Origin: Bdellovibrionales bacterium
GTDB lineage: Bacteria > Bdellovibrionota > Bdellovibrionia > Bdellovibrionales > JAUICD01
Reading direction: 5' to 3'
Length of the DNA: 64,000 nucleotides
Assembly: GCA_965203275.1 (NCBI GenBank)
Contig: OZ241865.1
Coordinates: 128,001-192,000 of the forward strand
Below, piece by piece: positions 50,426 through 62,823 of this stretch. The notes under the pieces are model-generated. The model was not told the DNA's origin. It saw nothing but the letters and a program-made list of their open reading frames with translations, and did no database searches. Both the position numbers and the translations under genes were made by a program. Within the stretch, counting starts at the first letter, position 1. Each line of letters starts with the position of its first letter.

Positions 50426-51391
50426 CTAAAAGTCTGCATCTAAAGTAAAGACTTGATTGGCTCGATTGACCATAACACCAGCTTTCTGATAGTCACCAAC
50501 CCTTTTTTCAAAAAAGTTGGTTTTGCCCTGCAAAGAAATCAGCTCCATCCAATCAAATGGGTTTGTGACCTTATAAAACTTATTTAAACCTAAAGACAAC
50601 AAAAGACGATCTGCTACAAATTGAATATACTGTGTCATCAGTTTGGCATTCATACCAATCAAGCTGACAGGCAAGGCATCAGTGACAAAATGAGATTCAA
50701 TAGAAACAGCTTCTGTGATAATCTCTAAAATACGTTCTGGTGAGGGTTTATTTTGTATCTTTGCAAAAAGCAAACAAGCAAAATCTGTATGCAAACCCTC
50801 GTCTCTACTGATCAGCTCATTAGAAAAAGTCAATCCGGGCATCAAGCCACGTTTTTTAAGCCAGAAAATAGCACAAAAACTTCCGGAAAAGAAAATCCCC
50901 TCTACAGCAGCAAATGCCACCAACCTCTCTGCAAAAGAACCACTGTTGTCAATCCATTTCAAAGCCCATTGACCTTTTTTCTTCACAGCAGGTATATTGT
51001 CTAAAGCTTTGAAAAGATGATTTTTTTCTTGCATATCTTCTATATAAGTATCAATCAAGAGACTATAGGTTTCTGAATGAATATTTTCCATAGCCATTTG
51101 AAAACCATAAAAACATCTAGCTTCTGGAATTTGTACCTCCTGACAAAAGCGAAGAGCTAAATTTTCATTGACGATGCCATCACTGGCAGCAAAAAAAGCC
51201 AGTACATGCTTAATAAAATGTTTTTCTTTGTCATTAAGCTTTTTCCAATCTTGTAGGTCTGATGATAAATCAATTTCTTCTGTTGTCCAAAAACTTGCTT
51301 CTGCTTTTTTGTACATATCCCAAACATCTTTGTATTTAATGGGCAAAAGGACAAAACGATCATTTTGGTTTGATAAAATAGGCTCTTGCAT
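50426..51391 (-). CDS. nrdB: Class Ia ribonucleotide reductase beta subunit
   Basis: '[13 protein letters not shown]', 'ENIHSETY', '[10 protein letters not shown]', 'SRDEGLH'. Confidence 0.95.
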   Translation of the reverse strand: MQEPILSNQNDRFVLLPIKYKDVWDMYKKAEASFWTTEEIDLSSDLQDWKKLNDKEKHFIKHVLAFFAASDGIVNENLALRFCQEVQIPEARCFYGFQMAMENIHSETYSLLIDTYIEDMQEKNHLFKALDNIPAVKKKGQWALKWIDNSGSFAERLVAFAAVEGIFFSGSFCAIFWLKKRGLMPGLTFSNELISRDEGLHTDFACLLFAKIQNKPSPERILEIITEAVSIESHFVTDALPVSLIGMNAKLMTQYIQFVADRLLLSLGLNKFYKVTNPFDWMELISLQGKTNFFEKRVGDYQKAGVMVNRANQVFTLDADF

Positions 51392-51687
51392 AAAATTCCC
51401 CCTGGCTATTTGAGTAAGGATGATCTTCTCGTCCTTATTTATTTATAGATTTATTTATAGATATTAAAAAATCAGATATTGAAAAATATATTTTAAAATT
51501 TATCTTAAGTTGTACTTTTTTGAAATCTTTTTCACAATAGCAAGGTATAAAGAAGATGTTCAATCTTTAATGCAATGAGTAATGCAATGAGCTTAAAAAA
51601 ATAATTCTTTTTTGACTTTTAATTTAAAAATGGTTTATACTCAAAAAAAATGAAGTATTATAAATATTTAATCTAAAAGGAGATTTT

Positions 51688-51849
51688 ATGGCTTCCCCCA
51701 CTCGTCAAACTCGTCTAAGAAGGCATAGGAAGAGAATAAAGCAAGGCCAAAGCCGTAAAGCTCAAAATCGAAATAAAGGCACTACAAAGTCTCCGTCCGA
51801 ACTTTTTGCTGATCTGCCATCAAATCAGTCAAACCAGTCAAATCAGTGA
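51688..51849 (+). CDS. Small basic protein, 53 aa (below the ORF-track cutoff)
   Basis: MASPTRQTRLRRHRKRIKQGQSRKAQNRNKGTTKSPSELFAD..., SD AAGGAG, and TTGACT-N18-TATACT at 51612-51641. Confidence 0.75.
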   Translation: MASPTRQTRLRRHRKRIKQGQSRKAQNRNKGTTKSPSELFADLPSNQSNQSNQ

Positions 51850-51865
51850 TTTTCTGTACATGTTT

Positions 51866-53827
51866 TTAAATGGTAGTAGCAATTTCTTTGTATTGCTTTA
51901 AGCATTGGGGATCTGCTACAGCTTCTATATCTGGTAAGTCCTGTTGTTGAGCAGGATTTTGATCAAATAAATTACGAATTAAAATTTCCATCTTTTTGCC
52001 ATTGCGAGTATAAGGGATGGCACCCACTTGGAAAATATAAGCAGGTAAATGCCTGACTGTTAGCCTTTTCTTGATCTCATGACGAATAAAGTCCTCAAAT
52101 TTTTGATCTAAAGAAATATTTTTGTTAAGTTTCACAAATAATAAAATTTGAACATCACCCTGCCAATTTCGACCAATACATAAACTATCTTCAATATTTT
52201 CAAGGCTTTCAACTACGTTGTAAATTTCTGCTGTGCCAATACGTACACCTCCAGGATTTAAGGTCGCATCAGATCGTCCAAAAATACGTATTGTACCTTT
52301 ATGAGATATACGAATTTGATCTCCATGACACCATACATTAGGATATTTTAAAAAATAAGCTTTTTGATAATTTTCTCTATCATTGGGGAAAATATCTAAA
52401 ACAGGTTGTGACGGGAAACTCTGTCTACACACAAGCTCTCCTTGTTTTTCAACAGTAGCTTGACCTTGAAGATCAAAAGCAACTATATCCATCCCTAAAC
52501 CCTTGCAGGTGATCTCTCCCTTATAAACAGGCAAAAGGGGATTGCCTAACATAAAACAACTTAAAATATCTGTACCACCGGCAATGCTGGATAACATCAC
52601 ATCTGACTTAATGGACTTATAAACAAAATCAAATAAATCTTCACTGAGTGGAGAACCTGTTGATAAAATAGTTTGTAAGGTAGGTAAAGCTATATTGTGA
52701 TGATAGCCTGAATCTTTAAGGATACTTAAAAATTTAGGACTTGTTCCAAAAATATGAATACCTTTTCTGTTGATCATCTCAAAAAAATGCCAAACAGACG
52801 GGCATTTAGGAGAACCTTCAAAAAGACATACAGTTCCACCAAAAAAAAGCCCACTGATCAGCCAATTCCACATCATCCATGCACAAGTGGTAAAATAAAA
52901 AATAGTTTTATTTTCAGAAAAATCACAATGTAATCCAAGTTCTTTAACATGTTGCAAAAGTGTACCCCCCACAGAATGTACAATGCATTTAGGCTTTCCT
53001 GTTGTGCCTGAAGAATACATAATATAAAGAGGACTTTTAAAAGGAACTCTTTTGAATTTTAAATCTTTGGCCTTAATTTGTGATCGTGAACTCACAGCTT
53101 CTTCCCATATATCAATAGGGATAGATGCTTTGATCTTTTTTTTAAAATGATTTGTCTTTAAAAAATCTACAATAATAACCTTTTGAAGGTGCTTGAGTTG
53201 AGGAATGATTTTTTGAATATTATTTATAAGGTCATAACGTTGACCATTGTATGTATAACCATTTGCAGTGACTAAAACCTTGGGTCTTGTTTGAACAAAA
53301 CGATTTAATACACTATCTACACCAAAATCACAGCTCATTGAAGTAAACACACCACCTAGAGAGGTGGTCCCTAACATAGCAATAACAGTTTCAATAATGT
53401 TGGGCATATAGGCTGCGACCACATCTCCCTGGACCACAATATCCTTAATGTTATCTTGGAATCGAGCCACTTCAAGTCGTAACTGTTGATAAGAGATTTG
53501 TCTTGTCATACCAGATTCAGATTCAAAGGTAAGAGCTATGTGATCGTCTTGTCCTTTAGCAAGTAAGTTTTCTGCAAAATTTAATTTAAGAGATGGAAAC
53601 CAAGAGTAATTAAAAAAACTATTTTGTGGTCCAGTTATAATGGAAGAATCACCCTCATAAAGGATCGAATAAAAATCCAAAACATCTCTCCAAAATGTAT
53701 GTGTTGAACTAGGAGGTTGAATGCTATCGTCATATAGCTCATGGTAAGAAGAAAATCCTTTTTGTCTCATAAACTCAGACATTTGGGATTGGTCTGTGCA
53801 AGTGGGTTGCCACATTATAGAATTCAT
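51866..53827 (-). CDS. Acetoacetate--CoA ligase
   Basis: 'LNFAENLL', 'YSSGTTGKPKCIVH', 'WMMWNW', 'GRSDATLNPGGVRIGTAEIY'. Confidence 0.92.
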   Translation of the reverse strand: MNSIMWQPTCTDQSQMSEFMRQKGFSSYHELYDDSIQPPSSTHTFWRDVLDFYSILYEGDSSIITGPQNSFFNYSWFPSLKLNFAENLLAKGQDDHIALTFESESGMTRQISYQQLRLEVARFQDNIKDIVVQGDVVAAYMPNIIETVIAMLGTTSLGGVFTSMSCDFGVDSVLNRFVQTRPKVLVTANGYTYNGQRYDLINNIQKIIPQLKHLQKVIIVDFLKTNHFKKKIKASIPIDIWEEAVSSRSQIKAKDLKFKRVPFKSPLYIMYSSGTTGKPKCIVHSVGGTLLQHVKELGLHCDFSENKTIFYFTTCAWMMWNWLISGLFFGGTVCLFEGSPKCPSVWHFFEMINRKGIHIFGTSPKFLSILKDSGYHHNIALPTLQTILSTGSPLSEDLFDFVYKSIKSDVMLSSIAGGTDILSCFMLGNPLLPVYKGEITCKGLGMDIVAFDLQGQATVEKQGELVCRQSFPSQPVLDIFPNDRENYQKAYFLKYPNVWCHGDQIRISHKGTIRIFGRSDATLNPGGVRIGTAEIYNVVESLENIEDSLCIGRNWQGDVQILLFVKLNKNISLDQKFEDFIRHEIKKRLTVRHLPAYIFQVGAIPYTRNGKKMEILIRNLFDQNPAQQQDLPDIEAVADPQCLKQYKEIATTI

Positions 53828-54164
53828 TTGAAACCTATTTAAAATATGTTCTTATTTTGTTCATTTGCTTTTATCAAAGAGCCAAATGTATTGAAAGTGC
53901 ATTTTTACAAAGAGAAGAAAGACTTTTTAATATGGGTTTTCATTTGTTTTTTGTTTTCATGTTCATCAAAGCAAAGTAGAATAAAATGGCTTAAGTTGAC
54001 TCTAAGTTTAAGCATCTATTTTATTCACTGTATGTGATCAAGCCTATAGAGTCAATAAATCCATAAAATATTTAAAATAGATAAAATATTCAAAATAAAT
54101 AAAATATTTGCTTTGTTTGAAAATATATTTTAAAAATGAACTATCAACTCAAAGGTGATGAACA

Positions 54165-55449
<1,285 letters not shown>

Positions 55450-55574
55450 AAAGAGACTTAAGATAGGGGGCTTAATCTTGATATCTTGATATTTTATATC
55501 TTGATATTCGATATTTCATAATGAGTTTGATCTACTCATTTATAAGAGTTAAATATGAGAGTTAAATGTTTTCA

Positions 55575-55603
55575 TTGACGGATCAAAATGGCTTTTGTAG
55601 CAT
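55575..55603 (+). promoter_or_regulatory. Sigma-70-type promoter of sdhCAB
   Basis: TTGACG-N17-TAGCAT, 20 nt before the ATG. Confidence 0.55.
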
Positions 55604-55622
55604 AAGTGCAATAGGTTAAAAT

Positions 55623-56282
55623 ATGAAACAAATGTATATTTTTTCTTCAGTAGGGCAGAAGCAATTAATGGCTCTCTCCGGTTTAGGATGGGCCATTTTT
55701 GTCCTTATGCACATGTTAGGCAATCTGCTGATTTTTTTAGGAGATGAAGCTTATAACAAATACAGTCATGCCCTTACAAGTAACCCTGGTATTTTACTTG
55801 CCGAGTTAGGATTGCTCATTTTACTCCTCACGCATGTTTTTTATGGGATCAAGACAGCTATTGAAAATGCAAAAGCCAGATCAGTCCCTTATGCAACTTC
55901 TAAAACTTCGCCTAAAGAAGCCTCATTGGCTTCTCGTACCATGAAATACCATGGCATTTTGTTATTACTTTTTATTATTTTACACTTAGTTAATTTTAAA
56001 TTTGGAGCCTATTACACAGTGACTTACAATGAGACTCCTATTCGAGATATTTTCCGTCTTGTTGTTGAAAAGTTTCAAAGCCCACTTTATGTCAGTATTT
56101 ATGTGGCCAGTGTTTCTTTACTAGGGTTTCATTTAAGTCATGGACTTTATTCAGCCTTGCAATCACTGGGTTTTTACAATGAAAAATACATGATAGTCTT
56201 AAAAAAATGTAGTATGGTTTATGGTATTATAATTGCTGTAGGTTTTAGCCTAGCCCCTTTGTATATATTATTTTTTTACTAG
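55623..56282 (+). CDS. sdhC: Succinate dehydrogenase cytochrome b subunit
   Basis: 'SSVGQKQLMALSG', 'HMLGNL', 'HLSHG'. First gene of the operon. Confidence 0.92.
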   Translation: MKQMYIFSSVGQKQLMALSGLGWAIFVLMHMLGNLLIFLGDEAYNKYSHALTSNPGILLAELGLLILLLTHVFYGIKTAIENAKARSVPYATSKTSPKEASLASRTMKYHGILLLLFIILHLVNFKFGAYYTVTYNETPIRDIFRLVVEKFQSPLYVSIYVASVSLLGFHLSHGLYSALQSLGFYNEKYMIVLKKCSMVYGIIIAVGFSLAPLYILFFY

Positions 56283-56327
56283 GAATATAAACGAAAATTT
56301 CAAAATGTCTTAGAGGATGTTTTAATT

Positions 56328-58238
56328 ATGGTATTAAACTCTCAAATTCCAAGCGGAGATTTAGAGACCTTGTGGCAAAACCACAAATCTCAAATGAGCC
56401 TTGTCGCACCCAACAATAAGCCTAAGCATACAATCATTGTTGTAGGGACGGGACTTGCAGGGTCTTCTGCTGCTGCATCTTTAGCAGAACTTGGATATAA
56501 AGTTAAAGCTTTTTGTATTCAAGATAGCCCTCGAAGGGCCCATTCTATTGCAGCTCAGGGAGGGATCAATGCAGCTAAAAATTATCAAAATGATGGGGAC
56601 AGTGTTTATCGTTTATTTTATGATACCATTAAAGGGGGAGACTTCCGGGCTAGAGAAGCTAATATCTATCGTCTTGCAGAGCTTTCTATCAACATTATAG
56701 ATCAAGCTGTTGCTCAAGGAGTTCCTTTTGCCAGAGAATATGGAGGTTATTTAGATAACCGCTCTTTTGGTGGAGTACAAGTCAAGCGTACATTTTATGC
56801 CAGAGGGCAGACAGGACAGCAACTTTTATTAGGGGCCTACTCGGCTCTTTCTCGACAGATAGCTCAAGGCCGTGTTGAAATGTACCCTCGACATGAGATG
56901 CTGGATTTAATTGTGATCAAAGGTCAAGCTAGAGGCATTATCACGCGTAATTTGATCACAGGAGAACTCAAATCTCATAAAGCAGATGCTATTTTATTAG
57001 CTACAGGAGGTTATGGTAATGTATTTTATCTTTCGACCAATGCAAAGGCATCTAATGTCACAGCTAGCTTTCGTGCTTATAAGAAAGGAGCTTTTTTTGC
57101 AAACCCTTGTTATACACAAATCCATCCCACCTGCATTCCTATCTCTGGAGACTATCAATCAAAGCTAACCTTAATGTCAGAATCTTTGCGGAATGATGGA
57201 CGGGTTTGGGTTTCTCAAAAGTCCAATGATGTACGTTTGCCACAAGATATCCCTGAAACAGAAAGAGACTATTATTTAGAACGCAGGTACCCTAGCTTTG
57301 GCAATCTTGTGCCACGTGATGTGGCTTCTCGTGCAGCTAAAAAAGTTTGTGATGAAGGCTTTGGTGTAGGTAACACTCAGCAAGCTGTTTATTTAGATTT
57401 TCAAAAGGCTATTGAAGATTTAGGAACAGATGTGATTGCTAGTCGATATGGCAATTTATTTGCTATGTATCAAAAGATCACAGGCGAAGATCCCTATCAA
57501 ACACCTATGAGAATTTATCCTGCAGTCCATTATACTATGGGTGGTTTATGGGTAGACTATCATTTAATGACAACTATCCCTGGTCTTTTTGCCTTAGGAG
57601 AGTGTAATTTTTCAGATCATGGGGCCAATCGTTTAGGGGCTTCAGCTTTGATGCAAGGGCTAGCCGATGGTTATTTCATTATACCTTATACACTAGGCCA
57701 TTATTTAGCCAATCACACTTTAGAGGATGTATCCTTAAAAAATGAAGCATTTCAAGAATCTTATAAAAATGTGCAGCACACTCTACAAAAATTGTTAAAA
57801 TTAAAAGGAAAGCAAACAGTCAATGATATCCACCGCAAATTAGGGCAGGTGATGTGGGATGATGTAGGTATGTCAAGGAATGAAAAAAGCTTAAGACATG
57901 CCCTAACAAGGATTGCTCAGTTGAAAGAAGAATTTTGGGAAGATGTACATTTGCCAGAAGGTCAGGAGTGCAACGTAGAGTTAGAAAAAGCAGGTCGGGT
58001 TTTAGATTTTTTAGAGTTGGGAGAAATCATGACCCAAGATGCTTTAGAAAGAAAGGAATCTTGTGGAGGACATTTTAGGACAGAATATCAAACTCCAGAA
58101 GGTGAAGCATTAAGGGACGATAAAAATTTTACACATGTAGCAGCTTGGCAATATCAAGGGGCAGGAAAGAAGGCTCGAAGACATCAAGAAGAGCTTGAGT
58201 TTTCTCGTATTCACCTTGCTCAAAGAAGCTACAAATAA
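56328..58238 (+). CDS. sdhA: Succinate dehydrogenase/fumarate reductase flavoprotein
   Basis: '[14 protein letters not shown]', 'QIHPT', 'HYTMGG', 'HGANRLG'. Confidence 0.96.
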   Translation: MVLNSQIPSGDLETLWQNHKSQMSLVAPNNKPKHTIIVVGTGLAGSSAAASLAELGYKVKAFCIQDSPRRAHSIAAQGGINAAKNYQNDGDSVYRLFYDTIKGGDFRAREANIYRLAELSINIIDQAVAQGVPFAREYGGYLDNRSFGGVQVKRTFYARGQTGQQLLLGAYSALSRQIAQGRVEMYPRHEMLDLIVIKGQARGIITRNLITGELKSHKADAILLATGGYGNVFYLSTNAKASNVTASFRAYKKGAFFANPCYTQIHPTCIPISGDYQSKLTLMSESLRNDGRVWVSQKSNDVRLPQDIPETERDYYLERRYPSFGNLVPRDVASRAAKKVCDEGFGVGNTQQAVYLDFQKAIEDLGTDVIASRYGNLFAMYQKITGEDPYQTPMRIYPAVHYTMGGLWVDYHLMTTIPGLFALGECNFSDHGANRLGASALMQGLADGYFIIPYTLGHYLANHTLEDVSLKNEAFQESYKNVQHTLQKLLKLKGKQTVNDIHRKLGQVMWDDVGMSRNEKSLRHALTRIAQLKEEFWEDVHLPEGQECNVELEKAGRVLDFLELGEIMTQDALERKESCGGHFRTEYQTPEGEALRDDKNFTHVAAWQYQGAGKKARRHQEELEFSRIHLAQRSYK

Positions 58239-58251
58239 AAATGAGGTTATT

Positions 58252-59019
58252 ATGTCAGAAAAGCTAATTGATCACTTGAAACTTAAGGTTTGGCGACAGC
58301 CTCAGCAATCATTGCAAGGTCGGTTTGTAGACTATACCTTAGATCAAGTCAATCCAGATATGTCTTTTTTAGAAATGATGGACTTGTTGAATGAAAAACT
58401 CATCAAACAAGGCCAAGATCCTATTGCTTTTGACCATGATTGCCGTGAAGGTATTTGTGGAATGTGCAGTATGACCATCAACGGGAACCCACATGGCCCA
58501 GAAAAAGGAACCACTGTTTGCCAGTTACACCTCAGGCATTTTAATAATGGGGATACTATTGTGATAGAACCTTTTAGAGCTAAAGCTTTTCCTGTTATTA
58601 AAGACTTGATGTTAGATCGCTCAGCATTTGATCGGATCATACAATCTGGTGGTTATATTTCTGTATCAACGGGTAATGCTCCTGATGCCAATAGTATTCC
58701 TATCAAAAAATCAAAAGTCGATAAAGCCTTTGATTTTGCTGCTTGTATTGGATGTGGAGCCTGTGTGGCTGCTTGTAAAAATGCATCAGCTATGCTGTTT
58801 GTAGGAGCTAAGGTCTCTCAGTTAGGATTACTTCCACAAGGTCAACTAGAAGAAAGCAAACGTGTCTTAGATATGGTAGCAACTATGGACAAGGAGGGTT
58901 TTGGGTCCTGTTCTAATACAGGTTCTTGTTCGGCGTCTTGCCCCAAAGATATTAGTTTAGAGGCTATTGCTCGCTTAAATCGTTCTTATCTCAAGGCTTC
59001 TGGTCTGGGTTCCAAATAG
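58252..59019 (+). CDS. sdhB: Succinate dehydrogenase iron-sulfur subunit
   Basis: 'CREGICGMC', '[11 protein letters not shown]', '[13 protein letters not shown]'. Confidence 0.95.
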   Translation: MSEKLIDHLKLKVWRQPQQSLQGRFVDYTLDQVNPDMSFLEMMDLLNEKLIKQGQDPIAFDHDCREGICGMCSMTINGNPHGPEKGTTVCQLHLRHFNNGDTIVIEPFRAKAFPVIKDLMLDRSAFDRIIQSGGYISVSTGNAPDANSIPIKKSKVDKAFDFAACIGCGACVAACKNASAMLFVGAKVSQLGLLPQGQLEESKRVLDMVATMDKEGFGSCSNTGSCSASCPKDISLEAIARLNRSYLKASGLGSK

Positions 59020-59563
59020 TGTCAGGGATTTTTTGTAAATAATTAAGATAACGAGACAAAGTAAAAAAATAATCACTCAAACGATTGAGATAAGCTAGAA
59101 TCATTGGGTCAATGGACTCTCTGAGATCAACACAAGTGCGTTCTGTCTTTCGGCAAGTGACACGGCAAAGGTGTGCCAGACTAGCTATCCGGCTACCTCC
59201 TGGTAAAATAAAATTTCTTAAAGGAGGTAAATGTTCTGTCATTTGATCTATTTGCTTTTCTAAATTGTCTGTCCATGTTGTTTTGAGAGGAGGGATTTGC
59301 TTTAAAAAAGTTTTATCTACACAAGCTAAATGACTTCCTATTGTCAAAAGTTGAAATTGAATATTTTGAAGAAAATCTAATATCTCTAGTTTTTCATCTA
59401 AGCATTCTTTGCGTTCTTTTGCATCAGCTAATAAAAGCCCAATGTAAACATTTAGCTCATCAACATGACCGTAGGCATTGATACGTGTTTCTGACTTATA
59501 GACTTGGGTTTTACCAAGCAGGCTTGTTGTACCTAAATCGCCTTTCTTTGTATAGATTTTCAT
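58991..59563 (-). CDS. Cob(I)alamin adenosyltransferase, PduO type
   Basis: '[12 protein letters not shown]', 'YGHVDELN', 'FILPGG', 'YLNRLSD'. Confidence 0.92.
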   Translation of the reverse strand: MKIYTKKGDLGTTSLLGKTQVYKSETRINAYGHVDELNVYIGLLLADAKERKECLDEKLEILDFLQNIQFQLLTIGSHLACVDKTFLKQIPPLKTTWTDNLEKQIDQMTEHLPPLRNFILPGGSRIASLAHLCRVTCRKTERTCVDLRESIDPMILAYLNRLSDYFFTLSRYLNYLQKIPDTIWNPDQKP

Positions 59564-59980
59564 TGGGACCTTTTATACTTTGATGTTGATATGATGGCTT
59601 GCAAATCATGGTGCGATCATTTATTGTTTTTATTAGTAATAGAAGCTTTAATGCTCAAAGCATCAAAGTCATTCAATAAAATATTATATGCCACTTTTTA
59701 TTAAACTTTCCCCTTTTTGATTTGAATTTGAATATGATCTTAATGCGTGTTCTTTTTATTTTAACATCATTTGTCAATAATTTCTACTATAAAAAAAAAC
59801 TTATCAAAATTTTAAATGGTCTTAATATGCAAATGAAGACACTTTTAGCTTCAAATAACAAAAATATACACGACCTTACCTTTAAGATCGCTTAGATCGT
59901 TTATTTAGTTAATATTTTATTTGACTTTATAAAAGCTTAGATTTAGCCTAAAGTTTCGGATGAAAGGTGGTGGGATTTAG

Positions 59981-60193
59981 ATGACTTACATTAAAATCAG
60001 GGATGGAGAAGGCTTTGAGCAAGCATTTCGCCGGTTTAAAAAGCAGGTGGAGAAGGCAGGTACGCTCTCTGAAGTGAAAAAACGAGAGCATTACGAAAAG
60101 CCAAGCATCAAAAATAAAAAGAAGCGATTAGCAGCCCGTAAGCGAGCCTTGAAAAAACACAGAAAGCTTTCTGGTTATGGGTTTTTTTCATAA
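59981..60193 (+). CDS. rpsU: 30S ribosomal protein S21
   Basis: '[16 protein letters not shown]...KREHYEKPS'. Confidence 0.95.
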   Translation: MTYIKIRDGEGFEQAFRRFKKQVEKAGTLSEVKKREHYEKPSIKNKKKRLAARKRALKKHRKLSGYGFFS

Positions 60194-60338
60194 ATTGAGA
60201 TGCTTTCCCTCAAAATATAAATCTCACTTTTAAAAGATTGTTTATAATATTTTTATAAAGTATGTATTTTGTAAATCTATAGTATGAATCTATCATAACA
60301 ACAGCTAAAGTGCATAAACCTTATTATTGGAGGTAAGC

Positions 60339-60800
60339 GTGGGTTTAAAAGAGCAAATCACTGAGGAAATTAAAAAAACAATGAAAGCTAAAAACTCAAG
60401 CCGATTGGAAGTCTTGCGTTTTTTGTTATCTCAAATTAAAAATAAAGAGATCACCTTACGTCCTATACCTATCACAGATCAAGACATCATCTCTGTCATT
60501 CAAAAACAAGCTAAACAAAGGCAAGAAGGCATTGAGCAGTTTCAATCAGGAGGCAGGAAGGACCTTGCTGAAAAGGAACAAAAAGAACTCATGATCCTTA
60601 AAGAATTTTTACCACAGCCTCTGACTGAAAATGAACTTAAAAAAATCATAAACAATGTCATTGCTTCTTTAAAAAATGATGACAAATTACCAGATCAGCG
60701 TCTGATGGGGCAAACTATTAAAGAAGTCATAGCTCAAGTACAAGGCCGTGCTGACTCTAAAACCATCAGCCGATTGGTCCAAGCTACACTCAATTCTTAA
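60339..60800 (+). CDS. GatB/YqeY domain protein
   Basis: 'LKEQI..EIKKTMKAK', 'KQRQEGIEQF..GGRKDL', 'FLPQPL'. Follows rpsU. Confidence 0.9.
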   Translation: MGLKEQITEEIKKTMKAKNSSRLEVLRFLLSQIKNKEITLRPIPITDQDIISVIQKQAKQRQEGIEQFQSGGRKDLAEKEQKELMILKEFLPQPLTENELKKIINNVIASLKNDDKLPDQRLMGQTIKEVIAQVQGRADSKTISRLVQATLNS

Positions 60801-60893
60801 ATTTCTGAAAAGCATAGATTGAACTGCCACACGATGAGAGATGGCTATCCCTGAAAAGAACAAAATAACAGTAAAAACTTTTTAAAAAGTTAT

Positions 60894-61883
60894 TTAGCTA
60901 CTGTCTTGCTTAGCGGAGTTAGTGGAGTCATCTTTTTTTGAAGAACAAACTTCTCGTTCAAAAAGATGTGAGAATTTTTTAACAAATTTATTTGCAGTGC
61001 CTTCTAATTGGATAAATTCATCGCTCATTCTTAATTTCAGAGAACGGATATTGCCATCCATGATATCTTCCAAGAATTTCTGAAAAGCATAGACTGGACC
61101 TGCCACACGATGAGAGATGGCTATCCCTGAAAAGAACAAAATAACAGTAAAAACAATACTGATAATAATATAAAGAATCAAAAAAGTAATAAGTATTCTA
61201 TTAGCATCTATTGGGGTAGCCCCAGATAAAAGTGTATCAGATGCAATCTGCTGGAGAGCCACTCGTAAGAAGGTATAGGAATAAATACCTGCGATAATAG
61301 AAAATGCAAGACCAAATGATATGAGCCTCATACAATAACGGATTTGATATTTTTTATCTATGATATAAGATTGCCTTAAGTTAGATTCAGGCCAAAGTTC
61401 TTTCCCTTCTATCACGAAGCCATACACAATCAGAATATACCCTACCCATTGCAATGCGTCTGCTAAGTTGAAAACAGGAGAATAATAAGAAAAAATAGAC
61501 ACAAAAACAAAATCAATAACAGATCCCCAATAGATACGATCTGCAATATTCCCTAAGATACCACCTAATAAAATAGCCATTCCAGATCTTAAAAAAGGAG
61601 ATCGAATAGGTAAAAAGATTTGTATAATAATAAAGATAAAAATCAAAAAACCGCCACTTGTGGACAATGACACAATCCGTAATAATGGAGGCAGATCAGA
61701 AAAGAAACCTAAAATAGCCCCTGAATTATGATGTAGTGTAAAACCTAGAGGTCCCAAAAACTTAACCTTGTCTTCTGGGAAATCAAGAAAACAATATTTT
61801 GTAATCCGGTCAATGGTCCAAACCAGTAGTAAGGGCAATGCAACTAAGAGAAACCAGTCTTTTTTTTTAATAATTAACCCCAT
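60894..61883 (-). CDS. lspA: Signal peptidase II fused to a C-terminal membrane/HAMP-like domain
   Basis: 'NSGA', 'GNIADR', 'VIDF', 'FNLAD', then 'SHRVAGP...LKLRMSDEF'. Confidence 0.85.
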   Translation of the reverse strand: MGLIIKKKDWFLLVALPLLLVWTIDRITKYCFLDFPEDKVKFLGPLGFTLHHNSGAILGFFSDLPPLLRIVSLSTSGGFLIFIFIIIQIFLPIRSPFLRSGMAILLGGILGNIADRIYWGSVIDFVFVSIFSYYSPVFNLADALQWVGYILIVYGFVIEGKELWPESNLRQSYIIDKKYQIRYCMRLISFGLAFSIIAGIYSYTFLRVALQQIASDTLLSGATPIDANRILITFLILYIIISIVFTVILFFSGIAISHRVAGPVYAFQKFLEDIMDGNIRSLKLRMSDEFIQLEGTANKFVKKFSHLFEREVCSSKKDDSTNSAKQDSS

Positions 61884-62247
61884 TCCTTATATGGATTTTT
61901 TAGATTTTAATAGCTAAGGTGTGAAGTTACCATTTTAAAAATGCACCATTTTAAAAATGGTTGATATTTCAGAACCTTTTATAAATAACTTTTTACGAAT
62001 GGTATTATTGTAGATACCATAAAAGACTCATCGGCAATTTATTTATAATACTTTCCTATACTTTATGGTAGATTATAGTGGGTTTATTTTGAGATCGTCT
62101 AAGGTCATCCTAGATGCCTCTAGGAAATGCATTTGTTGATTTTTCTTGACAAGAGATGAGTTTATGATATGAGATAGTCAAAATAGGTTGTGTTTAAATG
62201 ATGAGATGACCTTTGTAAATCAAGTCAAAATAAAGGAGAGAGTTAAT

Positions 62248-62802
62248 ATGTTACCTAAACCTAGTCATTTTAAAACGCTATTTACAGAAGAGCAAATCAA
62301 AAGGCGTGTGCAAGAGATGGGCTTGCAGATTTCTGAAAAATTTGCCTCATCAGAGGAAAAACTTAAAGAAAATCTTATGACTATTTGTGTACTTAAGGGT
62401 TCTTTTATTTTTTACTCTGACCTCATTCGTAATATTAATAGAGATTTTCAATGTGACTTTATATCTGCATCTTTCTTTCTAGATCACAAAAACTTACAAA
62501 ATCGCAGACTTACATTAGACCTGGCTTCTTCCATTAAAAACCAACATGTTTTATTGGTCACAGATATTGTATCTTCAGGACAGACTTTAGAATATTTGAT
62601 CAATATTATCAAAATGAAACAGCCAAGTTCTCTGACCACAACAACTTTAATTTTAAAAAAAGACTCTCTTAAAGCAAATATCACTATAGATTATGTTGGC
62701 TTTGAAATTGAAAAGCAAACTGTCTTAGGATATGGCATAGAACATCAAGGATACTACAGAAACCTCCCTTATATTGCCCAAATTCAAGAAACTCTTAATT
62801 AA
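62248..62802 (+). CDS. hpt: Hypoxanthine phosphoribosyltransferase-like protein
   Basis: 'VLKGSFIFYSDL', PRPP loop 'VLLVTDIVSSGQTL' (divergent), 'YRNLPYI'. Confidence 0.8.
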   Translation: MLPKPSHFKTLFTEEQIKRRVQEMGLQISEKFASSEEKLKENLMTICVLKGSFIFYSDLIRNINRDFQCDFISASFFLDHKNLQNRRLTLDLASSIKNQHVLLVTDIVSSGQTLEYLINIIKMKQPSSLTTTTLILKKDSLKANITIDYVGFEIEKQTVLGYGIEHQGYYRNLPYIAQIQETLN

Positions 62803-62823
62803 GTCTTATAGAGAGAAAATACA

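Noticed and set aside
58991..59019. Convergent gene overlaps (also 4831-4834 and 8288-8303) as regulatory features
   Set aside because: Short 3' overlaps are common in compact genomes and there is no further evidence.
60800..61154. DGR template/variable repeat pair
   Set aside because: The differences are not adenine-specific on one strand, include an indel, and there is no RT gene.
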